A stretch of DNA of 60,537 bases, from assembly GCA_037140715.1 (NCBI GenBank), contig JBAXDX010000003.1, forward strand, positions 1 through 60,537, in the 5' to 3' direction. A program made the translations under genes and the position numbers. This document shows positions 51,001 through 59,086 of this stretch, piece after piece; the first letter of the stretch is position 1; each line of letters starts with the position of its first letter. The notes under the pieces are model-generated. The model did no database searches and was not told where the DNA came from. It saw only the letters and a list, made by a program, of their open reading frames with translations. The stretch is from Ignavibacteria bacterium (GTDB lineage: Bacteria > Bacteroidota > Ignavibacteria > Ignavibacteriales > SURF-24).

Positions 51001-51554
51001 ATGTTTAGTAACAACTTTTGATTTGTCGCAGGATTTGAAGTAACAATAGGAACATTATTCCGGAACAGAGATACATCAGCCCTTATCCGTCCGGCGATAT
51101 TATCCATCAGCTCTGTATTGATAATTCTGCCAAAGTAAAATACGGTTTTATTATTTTTTATGTACTTTTTCAACAAAAGATTAGGATAAGCTTCCATAAA
51201 CCTGGAGAGTCTGTCAAATTTTATATCAGTATATAAACCCGGTTTGATTAAGAAGAAGGAGTGGTTAATGGTAGAATCCGAATTAACGCTGAAAATAAAA
51301 TCTACTTTAGTGTCCGCGATACTGACTGACTTGCCAGGCTGGTTTGATGAGATGATTTTAAGGAAATCCTCATCTGTCTCCTGAGAGATGGACTGGATAG
51401 TATATGCAAAATCTTTAGCGGAGTTCAACAGATTTCGCGAATGTTGCGAAGTCAGAATTTTTCTTGTCAGTGAATAAAACGCAATGGTAGAACTAACAAA
51501 TACTAAAACAACTATTAAAAAATTGATTAGTAGAATTCGAACGCTAATCTTCAT
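48024..51554 (-). CDS. Membrane hybrid histidine kinase (sensor-HAMP-GAF-HisKA-HATPase-REC x3)
   Basis: Two TMs, HAMP DELG.L...FN.M, MSHELKTPL, NAVKFT, GAGLGL and terminal LLDIMMP receiver. Confidence 0.92.
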   Translation of the reverse strand: MKISVRILLINFLIVVLVFVSSTIAFYSLTRKILTSQHSRNLLNSAKDFAYTIQSISQETDEDFLKIISSNQPGKSVSIADTKVDFIFSVNSDSTINHSFFLIKPGLYTDIKFDRLSRFMEAYPNLLLKKYIKNNKTVFYFGRIINTELMDNIAGRIRADVSLFRNNVPIVTSNPATNQKLLLNIAQSARELLLKNNFDIAKEELANADFYATYYSPKELHFVDSNIGFLIFTTLPEAAELRDNINNILVIIGFTGIFLSLILVLIFTEKIRRQITQLSRAADITRGGDLKHRVSMLTKDELGSLGLVFNNMLDELERNQSAKNEYTEFITLINQNPTLKEVSEAALNKIIKATGFTVGRLFLIENGYIRLISSFGLHNELIKAAGINIGLYQTIQEKGEPAEFSFSDNLPKLDAGLVSLEVKYLLLYPVIYNKKVIAILELASVNELKAGVKEYLANIDHQLAIGLSNAGAFNQLENLVDELKKLNDDYLKQNEQITSQNKILLELHKQLEEKAEELEQQRGKAVESAMLKSQFLASMSHELKTPLNSILGLTELMLHEQPLNQLSHEKLEIVFRNGNRLMNLINDILNFSRLEAGRMEIQNENFRFSELTEEIKANIIPLLKSKEILFGINNFAGAEAAVFADKFKILQVLINLLSNAVKFTEHGNIELDINIPDDSSVSFEVSDTGIGISDSDKEIIFEEFRQLDGTSKRKYSGAGLGLAISRKYAELLNGTLICHSKPGKGSKFIFTIPVKFIQTELTDKVIPFSEYVPGIFSKSILVIDNDNECLNIVKQYFTLKGYKVDRVTGASMAMTAAEESFPIAIVINTRFEENSAWDILTELKKSELVKDIPVIMMALLEELNIGYGLNVYDFLLMPFEEKSVISSFNKLERLAQKQIRNIVYLGADEIAFLDIKEKLNRIGYKAEFIDNASSALRLVSKLQPDIILIDSLANEDGGMYLVSKLANSIDTMDIPVMLCINQELSANDKATLNSAVEKMAMLSKGNPRDILRLIRDKVYFEEGLTGKDVQEIFMDSSTDKNAGTRSDTPEKHKVLIVDDDTDTLFTVGEIVRRTGCETVFGHNGLECLSALQQYTPDLILLDIMMPLMDGFETIKRIRADKNISHIPVFALSALAMIEEKEIVIKNGFDDFIPKPVNPSLLAFKIEKILLNKSAKV

Positions 51555-51924
51555 TGTCTTTTTCTTTCTGGAGTACTTTTCTAATTGTTATTAATAATTC
51601 ATCAAAGTCGTAAGGTTTGCTGATAAAATCGCTGGCTCCCATCTTAGCTGAATCAATAGCACTTTTAACATCGGCATAAGCTGTAAGAACAATTACCTTT
51701 GCATTTATTTTTTTTGACCTTAGTGTTTCAAGTACATAGAAGCCGTCTTTCTCTGGCATCTTAAGGTCAAGCAGAATAAGATCAACCCTGACGTTATCGC
51801 TTAAAAATTTAAAGGCTTCATCAGCTCCGTTAGCCACATAGGCCGTGTAACCTATTTCAGATAATTCTTCCTGAAGAACTGTACATAAATTTACATCATC
51901 ATCAACAATTAGAATTGATTCCAT
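51544..51924 (-). CDS. Single-domain response regulator
   Basis: IVDDD, LLDLKMP, LTA and KP motifs. Confidence 0.92.
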   Translation of the reverse strand: MESILIVDDDVNLCTVLQEELSEIGYTAYVANGADEAFKFLSDNVRVDLILLDLKMPEKDGFYVLETLRSKKINAKVIVLTAYADVKSAIDSAKMGASDFISKPYDFDELLITIRKVLQKEKDNED

Positions 51925-51932
51925 TTTCCATC

Positions 51933-53144
51933 CTATTTATTTTCTTTGGTCTGATTCAGGTTTTGGGATTTAAATTGTTCAAGTTTCTCTTTATAGCTGT
52001 TTAACTCTTGTCTCAGTTTGTTTTCCTCGGTTGCTGCGTTGACTCTTTCCTTTAATGTCGGCAAAAGTTCCACCTTAAGCAGTATTACAACTTCCTTTTT
52101 CCTAATATCAACCTGCTCACTGCCGGTTAAATATCTGATGCCAAATACCCACCAGGGTAAATCTTTCAGGATTGGAATACCGTTTCTTACTTTTGTTTCT
52201 TCATTAATATATAAGCCACCGATTACAGTCTCCTCATGATTCAGCATAAGCACCTGCGTTGTAGCTGATGTCTTTCTGATTTCAGTCGATACTTCCGAAG
52301 GAAAAGCAGAACTGCGTTCAAGGTTTAACTTCAGCAGGACATAGTCGATGTTATCTTCATTGTTGATAAATGGCGTTACTTCAATAATCGAACCGCTCGA
52401 GAAAAACTTCTCAACCACGTTGCCCGAAAAATCTTTTATCTTTGTTGAAAAGTCAGAACCAATTTGAATTCTGCCCGCCTGACCGTTCCTTACAGTAATA
52501 GAAGGACTTGCAATAATTTCTCCAAGATTTTCTTCCTCAAAGATTCTGAACAATTCTGTAGCATCTCCGGCAAATTTCCCCAAAGAAAAACTAGTAGCAG
52601 CTGCATTGAGATCAAAACCAGTCCCCTGTGTAGTAGCTGTTGAAGCCAGGCTGGTCCCGAGTGTTACACCTTTCTGAGCCAGCAAAAACTGCCAGTTAAT
52701 TCCGCGGTTCCTCATATTGGAAACATCCGCTTCAAAAAAAACTGCCGATATCTTTACTTCTCTTGTATTAACCGGAGCGTAAATTTCTGAGGGACTTTTT
52801 TCCGTCTGAACAGTTTTGGATTTAATTACTATAATATCTGTCTTTTCTTCAAACATTAGATTAGCATACTGAACAATCATAGTAAGAGCTTTCTTAAAAG
52901 GCATCTGAGTTATTTGTATGCCAATTGGACTGTCATAAGGAACAGTCGATACAACGGTTTTTCCTGTAGTTTTTTCGCTTACTTTATTCAATATTTCTAC
53001 GGCCTTACTAAAAGAAAGATTCTCTGAGAATGTAACCATTTCTTCAGGGTTTCTGTAACCACCCAGCTCTTTTTCCAGATCTCTTTGCGCAAAAAGAGGA
53101 ATTGACATAAAAATAAATAGCAGGCTGATGATTAGTTTTTTCAT
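51933..53144 (-). CDS. pilQ: Outer-membrane secretin (PilQ/GspD family), short form
   Basis: Signal peptide; SP.I.V.NG..G.I.IG, E..IGGL and GIP.LKD.P secretin motifs. Confidence 0.85.
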   Translation of the reverse strand: MKKLIISLLFIFMSIPLFAQRDLEKELGGYRNPEEMVTFSENLSFSKAVEILNKVSEKTTGKTVVSTVPYDSPIGIQITQMPFKKALTMIVQYANLMFEEKTDIIVIKSKTVQTEKSPSEIYAPVNTREVKISAVFFEADVSNMRNRGINWQFLLAQKGVTLGTSLASTATTQGTGFDLNAAATSFSLGKFAGDATELFRIFEEENLGEIIASPSITVRNGQAGRIQIGSDFSTKIKDFSGNVVEKFFSSGSIIEVTPFINNEDNIDYVLLKLNLERSSAFPSEVSTEIRKTSATTQVLMLNHEETVIGGLYINEETKVRNGIPILKDLPWWVFGIRYLTGSEQVDIRKKEVVILLKVELLPTLKERVNAATEENKLRQELNSYKEKLEQFKSQNLNQTKENK

Positions 53145-54034
53145 TTTATTTTCTTCCGATTGTCTTCTTTCTCTAATTTCAAAAATACATTCTCGATTAT
53201 ACCGCCTCTATTAAGAATAAATGTTACTTCATTAGTCTCGTAATCTATTTTAGTCAGATACCCAAGATAAACAGGGTCTCCCTCTACAAGTATATATGTA
53301 TTCCCCTTTGCATCAGATATGAAAGCACCATCCGGTACAAGAGCAAGCAGTTTAGCCTCGTTAACATCGGCAAGCCCGTCAGTATTAGGCGGAAGATCGT
53401 TACGAATCAGCGGATAGAAAAAATTATACTGCTCCTTTGGCTCAAGCTGGTTCTCAACAAACTGAGAAGTAGAGAACCGGTTGTCATTTGAGAAATAAAC
53501 ATTTGCCGTCAAATCAAAATTAACGAGATGATGCGATACTGCTTCTTTGTCAACAAAGACTGTCGCAGTCATCGAAAGGTTTTTTACTTTCTTCAATTCC
53601 TTGCTCTGCTCGATACCATAGACAAGTCTGTAAATATCATTAAATTCACCTGTCCCGGAAATTTTGTAAGAGTAATAGTTATATGATTTCTCCGGCTTCG
53701 TTTCTTTATATTCAATATTTATATGAGTAACTATTGAAAATGATGCTGATATCCTGCGGACAAAGTCATAAAAATTCGTCTGAGCCAGCATTTGGGGAAT
53801 ATTGAATTTACGGCTGGATAATACGGAATCAAGAATAAGCGTTCTCTCTCTTACCTGCTTTAATTTCACTTTGAGAGAATCAGGATTCATCTCGGTGGCT
53901 CTCAGCGATGCAATCTTTTTATCCTGCTTTTGAATCCTGCCTTTTTGATAAACAAAACTATAAATACTTCCTGTTGCAACTATAAAAAGTAAGATGCCAA
54001 AAAGAACTGCCATATTTTTTATTTTACGGCTCAT
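53141..54034 (-). CDS. PilO-like alignment protein with an extra C-terminal domain (possibly PilP-like)
   Basis: N-terminal TM, coiled coil, G.F.DIY.LV..IE ferredoxin-like motif, N.F.P segment then a beta-rich tail; operon position. Confidence 0.6.
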   Translation of the reverse strand: MSRKIKNMAVLFGILLFIVATGSIYSFVYQKGRIQKQDKKIASLRATEMNPDSLKVKLKQVRERTLILDSVLSSRKFNIPQMLAQTNFYDFVRRISASFSIVTHINIEYKETKPEKSYNYYSYKISGTGEFNDIYRLVYGIEQSKELKKVKNLSMTATVFVDKEAVSHHLVNFDLTANVYFSNDNRFSTSQFVENQLEPKEQYNFFYPLIRNDLPPNTDGLADVNEAKLLALVPDGAFISDAKGNTYILVEGDPVYLGYLTKIDYETNEVTFILNRGGIIENVFLKLEKEDNRKKIK

Positions 54035-55572
54035 TCATCTTTCCCGGAAAAATCATTTAAATCGAAATTCAAGGTGAACTTATAAGCATTCTTATCGCGC
54101 AGTAACTCATATATAACACTCTTCAATAATCCGCTTTTTCTCGATTCCGTGAAGTCAGTCAGAATACCTCTTGTAAGTCCGTATCCTGTAATACTAATCT
54201 GTGAACCCTGCTCCTGCGAAAGTGTGGTAACCCACATGCTTTTTTGCATTTCAACAAAAGTGGAAACCTTAGAAGTCATTTTGCTCCATACCTCAGTACC
54301 CGCAGCAGCTGAATCAAGTATTGCCTGCGTACCTCCGAAGTTATCTATTTTAGACTGATACTCCTGTATCTGCAACACTAATACCTGACTTGAATCCTTC
54401 ATAGCAGTCAGAACCTCGGTTGTGTGTGTATTTTCCTTAATTACTTTCATGTTGGTAATTATATTTTTTGTAAAGAAAAGAGTAACGATAAACAATACCG
54501 GCAATACAAGCAGAGCATGCCAGCCAAACTGGAAGAACTTCTGTTCTTCTTTGATATAGTCAGGCAAAAGATTAATACCGGCATGTTCCCTGCTCAGATC
54601 GTCAAGATAATCGATCCCCGCTGCAATTGGAACACTGAAAGACGACATCTTCTTTCTAAGTTCGTCCTGAATACCTGTTGCATCAAACTCTTCAAAATCA
54701 AGTCTGCTTATGTTTGCTTCAGGGAAAGTGCCATAAAATGAAAGTATCAGGTTCTCCGAATCATCTTCACCGCAGAGTACTACATTATCTATACGCGGAA
54801 TGCCACCGTTTTCCATCTCCAGAAGTATTTTAGAAAAATAAACATCGTAAGTATGCAGGTTTACCGTACCGACATCGAGAACAGCCCCAATGTGTTTAAG
54901 CTTTTTTCCCTGCATGAATATCAGCTTACTGTATTCTTTCCCGATGTGAACAATAAGAGAAAAATCATCAGGGAAGAATTTCTTTTTCTTACCGATATAA
55001 TATGCCAGAGAAATATCCGCACTCTTAATTGCCGCAACCTTATACGAACGCTGTCTGCCATTATAGGCTGCAAGAGAGCTGATAAGCTTTAATCCGCTTA
55101 TCTCTCCATCCGCAAATGCTATAAGCAGCTGACCGCCGGCAAGTTCCGTATAACCAAGGTTCTCTTTCCTGACTGTTATATTCTTAGATTTCTGAATTTC
55201 ATCAATAATCTCCTGTGAAAGCTTTGAAGGACTTAAGGCACGGGAACCTTCATAAATATGATAATGGATTGCAGGCTCAGTAATTACAGGAACAAACTCG
55301 CAGGCTGTCAGTTTTATTCCGCTTAATTGCGCATTAAGTAATCCTTCATTTGATACAGCAGGGCCATCCAAATCATTGCTGCCTTCTTTAATTGAAATAT
55401 CACCTGAAATTCCATCGAGGCTGATCGAAGAAAATGACTGGGCGCTGGATATTCTCTGCGCAATAACATCAAAATCGGCAACCTTCAGCAGTTTTAACGT
55501 GTCCTTATCTTGGGCAATAACTGCGACTTTGGTATCGCTCCCCTCATTATAAATAATTACTAATGTCTTCAT
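54031..55572 (-). CDS. Fused PilM-like cytoplasmic domain plus PilN-like domain
   Basis: Actin-like N-terminal region, then INLLP motif, a TM and a W...L....I.G periplasmic domain. Confidence 0.65.
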   Translation of the reverse strand: MKTLVIIYNEGSDTKVAVIAQDKDTLKLLKVADFDVIAQRISSAQSFSSISLDGISGDISIKEGSNDLDGPAVSNEGLLNAQLSGIKLTACEFVPVITEPAIHYHIYEGSRALSPSKLSQEIIDEIQKSKNITVRKENLGYTELAGGQLLIAFADGEISGLKLISSLAAYNGRQRSYKVAAIKSADISLAYYIGKKKKFFPDDFSLIVHIGKEYSKLIFMQGKKLKHIGAVLDVGTVNLHTYDVYFSKILLEMENGGIPRIDNVVLCGEDDSENLILSFYGTFPEANISRLDFEEFDATGIQDELRKKMSSFSVPIAAGIDYLDDLSREHAGINLLPDYIKEEQKFFQFGWHALLVLPVLFIVTLFFTKNIITNMKVIKENTHTTEVLTAMKDSSQVLVLQIQEYQSKIDNFGGTQAILDSAAAGTEVWSKMTSKVSTFVEMQKSMWVTTLSQEQGSQISITGYGLTRGILTDFTESRKSGLLKSVIYELLRDKNAYKFTLNFDLNDFSGKDE

Positions 55573-55574
55573 CT

Positions 55575-56801
55575 TTATACTGCTGAAAGTATTTGTTGCA
55601 TTCTTTGTTTATTATTCGCGTATGCCATGGCATTATCAAGCGATATTTTCTTCATCTGATAAAGTCTCTTTAACTCCTGTTCCATTGTATTCATCCCAAA
55701 CTGCACGCCCTGATTAATCATCATGTAGATTTCACTAGTATTATTGTTTTTAATAGCCGCTCTTACACTTGCATTCACAACAAGAACTTCCTTTGCCATA
55801 ACACGCTTTCCATCAAGACTCGGTACAAGTTTTTGCGAAATAACTGCAACAAGCACATCTGCAAGCCTGTTTCTTACACGCTCCTGCTCCGATGGATGTA
55901 CTTCAGCAATAATTCTGTCGATTGATTCTACAGCTGAGGAAGTGTGTAGCGTTGAGAAGACCTTGTGTCCTGTATCAGTTACTTCGAGCGCAGACATAAT
56001 GGTATCAGGGTCTCTCATTTCTCCTATAATAATTATATCCGGGTCCTGGCGCAATGCCTGCGAAACACCTTCTTTAAATGAAAGAACATCGCGTCCAACC
56101 TCCCTGTGCCTTATAATGCACACCTTTGATTTATGAACAAACTCAATAGGTGCGGCAATAATAACCACATGCGAAGGGTCAGACTGATTGTGCCAGTCAA
56201 CTATAGCGTCAAGAGTAGATGATTTACCGGAACCCGTTATACCCGTAACCAGACACAGCCCCTGTTTTACATAAGCATGACTAAGTACTTTTAAGACAGC
56301 CGGATTAAAGCCAAGCGAGTCGATTGGGCGGATAGTTCCTGAGATAGCTCTCATATTTAAGGCGAGACAGTCGAGGTCGAAATAAGCATCAGCTCTGAAC
56401 CTTACAGACTCCGCGCGTTTTTCGTATTTGAATGTATATGAAAAATCTATATTGCGTGTTACCGTTAAGTATGAACGCTGGTTTGTATTCAGAAGATTTA
56501 ATATTAAAACTGCCATTTCATCCGCGCTGAACGGAGGCATATCTTTCATTGGTTCTTTCTTGCCAAAAATTCTTAACCATACATACCCGCCCGTTCCATT
56601 TCCGCCAAGTTCAATATCAGACGCATCGCGCTCAATCATCCCGGTAAGAAGTTTATTTATCATTGCCCAGAGAAGATTTTTATCGCTTTCGCCAAGCTTG
56701 TCAAAATTCTCAATCATATAATTAATGCGGTCAGGTCCAAAGATACTGGCGGGAATAGCTTCCACAAACCTGGCAAGCATTTTTTTTACATCTTCAATCA
56801 T
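55575..56801 (-). CDS. pilT: PilT/PilU-family retraction-type ATPase
   Basis: GITGSGKSST, ALRQDPD.I..GEMRD, TGH.V.STLHT and GM.TM motifs. Confidence 0.88.
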   Translation of the reverse strand: MIEDVKKMLARFVEAIPASIFGPDRINYMIENFDKLGESDKNLLWAMINKLLTGMIERDASDIELGGNGTGGYVWLRIFGKKEPMKDMPPFSADEMAVLILNLLNTNQRSYLTVTRNIDFSYTFKYEKRAESVRFRADAYFDLDCLALNMRAISGTIRPIDSLGFNPAVLKVLSHAYVKQGLCLVTGITGSGKSSTLDAIVDWHNQSDPSHVVIIAAPIEFVHKSKVCIIRHREVGRDVLSFKEGVSQALRQDPDIIIIGEMRDPDTIMSALEVTDTGHKVFSTLHTSSAVESIDRIIAEVHPSEQERVRNRLADVLVAVISQKLVPSLDGKRVMAKEVLVVNASVRAAIKNNNTSEIYMMINQGVQFGMNTMEQELKRLYQMKKISLDNAMAYANNKQRMQQILSAV

Positions 56802-56977
56802 ATTTCTGTCTTTTTAGTTTAGTTTTCTGCGCTAATTTAGGCAAAGAAAAAGGTAAAGGCAAAAGGAAAATCTCAAACAATAACTAATAATTACTCATGT
56901 TGCGCAAATTTATTTCGTTCGATAGGCGGTCCCTTCAGTACGAACGCACAAATAATAAACTATATTAATTCGCTAAC

Positions 56978-56997
56978 GTAGAGACGCACGGCCGTGC
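56978..56997 (+). repeat. Truncated GTAG-type REP palindrome
   Basis: GTAGAGACGCACGGCCGTGC is the left arm and centre of a GTAGAGACGCAC-GGCC-GTGCGTCTCTAC palindrome, cut at the MITE boundary. Confidence 0.6.
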
Positions 56998-57275
56998 AAT
57001 GCTGTCAGGTTAACGCCATATTGCTGTTTTGTCCGGCAGGCGCTACCCGTTTTGTTTTTTTTCGATGGGCGTTGCCCATCGCTAACGTATAACGCCCCTT
57101 CAGGGCTTCCGGTGTGTCGGGAATTGGTAATTTATTATTTGTGTTTGCCCTGAAGGGGCATAATATAATAGCACAGGGCATCGCCCTGTGGGAAATAAAT
57201 CTCCCCACATTCCCAACGCCCTGAAGGGGCGTAATAAAAGCAATAAAAGTTTTGGACCTTAACCTGACAGCATTG
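56997..57275. mobile_element. MITE-like element, 279 bp, with perfect 17-bp terminal inverted repeats and internal REP-like palindromes
   Basis: CAATGCTGTCAGGTTAA at 56997-57013 and TTAACCTGACAGCATTG at 57259-57275; internal GCCCTGAAGGGGC in three copies plus CGATGGGC-GTT-GCCCATCG and CACAGGGC-ATC-GCCCTGTG hairpins. Confidence 0.85.
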
Positions 57276-57298
57276 AAAATCATAATTCCAGATGAATT

Positions 57299-59086
57299 TT
57301 AATCTTCCGTAGTTGAAGCCATTACTTCCTGAATCGATGTCAGTCCGACCTTTACTTTTTCAAAGCCGGCTTCTCTTAAATTCAGAGTACCGTCCTTCTT
57401 TGACTGCACTCTTATTTTTTCCTCGTCAACATCATCGCCTGCCTGAACTATGAGCTGTCTTATTTCCTTTGTGAAATAAAGAGCCTCGTGAATTGCCATT
57501 CGTCCTTTATATCCGACATTGCTGCATTTGGGGCAACCTGCCGGTTCATAAACTTCGTAATCACGCCATTCGGCAATGTTTAACCCGGCGGATGCCATCA
57601 GAGCTTCGTCAAAATTGCGCACACGTTTTTTGCAGTCACAAAGCTTGCGGATTAATCTCTGCGCCACAATAATATTAATGGCATAAGCAATCAGGAAAGG
57701 CTCAATGCCCATCTTAAAAAGTCTTGCCACAGCACTTGGGGCATCATTTGTATGCAGAGTCGAAAACGTCAGGTGCCCGGTATTGGCAAGTTTAATAGCT
57801 ACTTCGGCAGTTTCCTTATCGCGCATTTCACCTACAAGAACTATATCAGGATCATGACGCAGAATTGCGCGGATAGCCTGTTCGAAATTCATCTTATGAC
57901 CTATCTTCAGTTGTCTGGCTCCGTCAATAACGTATTCAACCGGGTCTTCAACAGTAAGTACGTTAACCGTAGGATCAATTACCTGGAAGAGGGCAGCTAC
58001 AAGCGTGGTACTCTTTCCGCTTCCCGTAGGTCCCGTAAGGATAACCATTCCCTGCGGCTTTGTTATCGCTTTTACAAAAGCTTCATTAGAATAACCTGTA
58101 AGTCCAAGCTTACTTAAATCCTTAATAACCTTTCTGTCGTCAAGTATTCTTATTACAATTGATTCAAATTTATTTTTAAGTTCCGTGCCAACCATTGGTA
58201 GCACCGATACTCTGTACCTGATAGTATGACCGTCAACTTCCCTTTGAACAAATCCGTCCTGCGCTCTTTCCCGCTCAAAACGGTCAAGTCCGCGTGCCCT
58301 GTCTTTTACTACTGCGATTACTGCTTCCGGCCACGTATTCTCCTGAGTAAACCAGCACTTAAGGTCTCCGTCAATTCTGAAAAGCACATCGGTTTTGTTT
58401 CCGCTTTTAGGCACAAAGTGAATATCGCTTGCCCCTTTTCTTACTCCTTCAATAAAAGCTCCTTCAACAAGATTAATAAGTGCGCTCTTATTTATTTCCG
58501 CTTCAAGAGCCGCCTCATCGAGTGCATCTTCCTTGTTATCAATTGAAATCTCCTGCGGCGCTTCTTCCATTGCCTTAAGATATTCATTTTCCGGCGGGAT
58601 AAGTATTGCTATAAGCTTCTGATAATCCTGCTTCCTCATATAACTGACTTCATACTTCTTGGCATTTAGAGCGTATGCTATTTTTGTAATGCTTCTATCC
58701 GTAGGGTCAATGGCTGCAAGTATCAGCTTATCTCTTATTTTATCATCATACTGGAAAGGAATTACCTTATGTTCCAGCATCTGCTTTTTAACATCATCAG
58801 AATAACTGTTGATTATTTTCTTAATTTCTTCTATTCTATGTTCGGATATCTCCTCAATTTTTACGTTTAATTCTCTGAAGGCATAAAGTATCGAGACCTG
58901 ATGAAAAATGGTATCATGATCAAAACTAAAATCCTCAACAAGTACCTGCGCGAGATTCCTTTTTATTTTTCCATTATCAGCCTGCTTTACCTTTAAGGCT
59001 TTCTCAAGAATCTCTGCTTCTATAATACCTTTTTTTAAAAGCAGATAACCGATCTTATCGGTCATTTCAAGATTCGAGTCTATCAC
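57299..59086 (-). CDS. pilB: PilB/GspE-family assembly ATPase
   Basis: ASDIH, FRIDG, QDG, GPTGSGKST, EDPVE, LRHDPD..LVGEMRD, STLHTN and Cys-knuckle motifs. Confidence 0.92.
   Translation of the reverse strand: MIDSNLEMTDKIGYLLLKKGIIEAEILEKALKVKQADNGKIKRNLAQVLVEDFSFDHDTIFHQVSILYAFRELNVKIEEISEHRIEEIKKIINSYSDDVKKQMLEHKVIPFQYDDKIRDKLILAAIDPTDRSITKIAYALNAKKYEVSYMRKQDYQKLIAILIPPENEYLKAMEEAPQEISIDNKEDALDEAALEAEINKSALINLVEGAFIEGVRKGASDIHFVPKSGNKTDVLFRIDGDLKCWFTQENTWPEAVIAVVKDRARGLDRFERERAQDGFVQREVDGHTIRYRVSVLPMVGTELKNKFESIVIRILDDRKVIKDLSKLGLTGYSNEAFVKAITKPQGMVILTGPTGSGKSTTLVAALFQVIDPTVNVLTVEDPVEYVIDGARQLKIGHKMNFEQAIRAILRHDPDIVLVGEMRDKETAEVAIKLANTGHLTFSTLHTNDAPSAVARLFKMGIEPFLIAYAINIIVAQRLIRKLCDCKKRVRNFDEALMASAGLNIAEWRDYEVYEPAGCPKCSNVGYKGRMAIHEALYFTKEIRQLIVQAGDDVDEEKIRVQSKKDGTLNLREAGFEKVKVGLTSIQEVMASTTED

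Noticed and set aside
57005-57283. 92-aa ORF
   Set aside because: Coincides with the MITE/REP element; the translation is typical of palindromic repeat DNA
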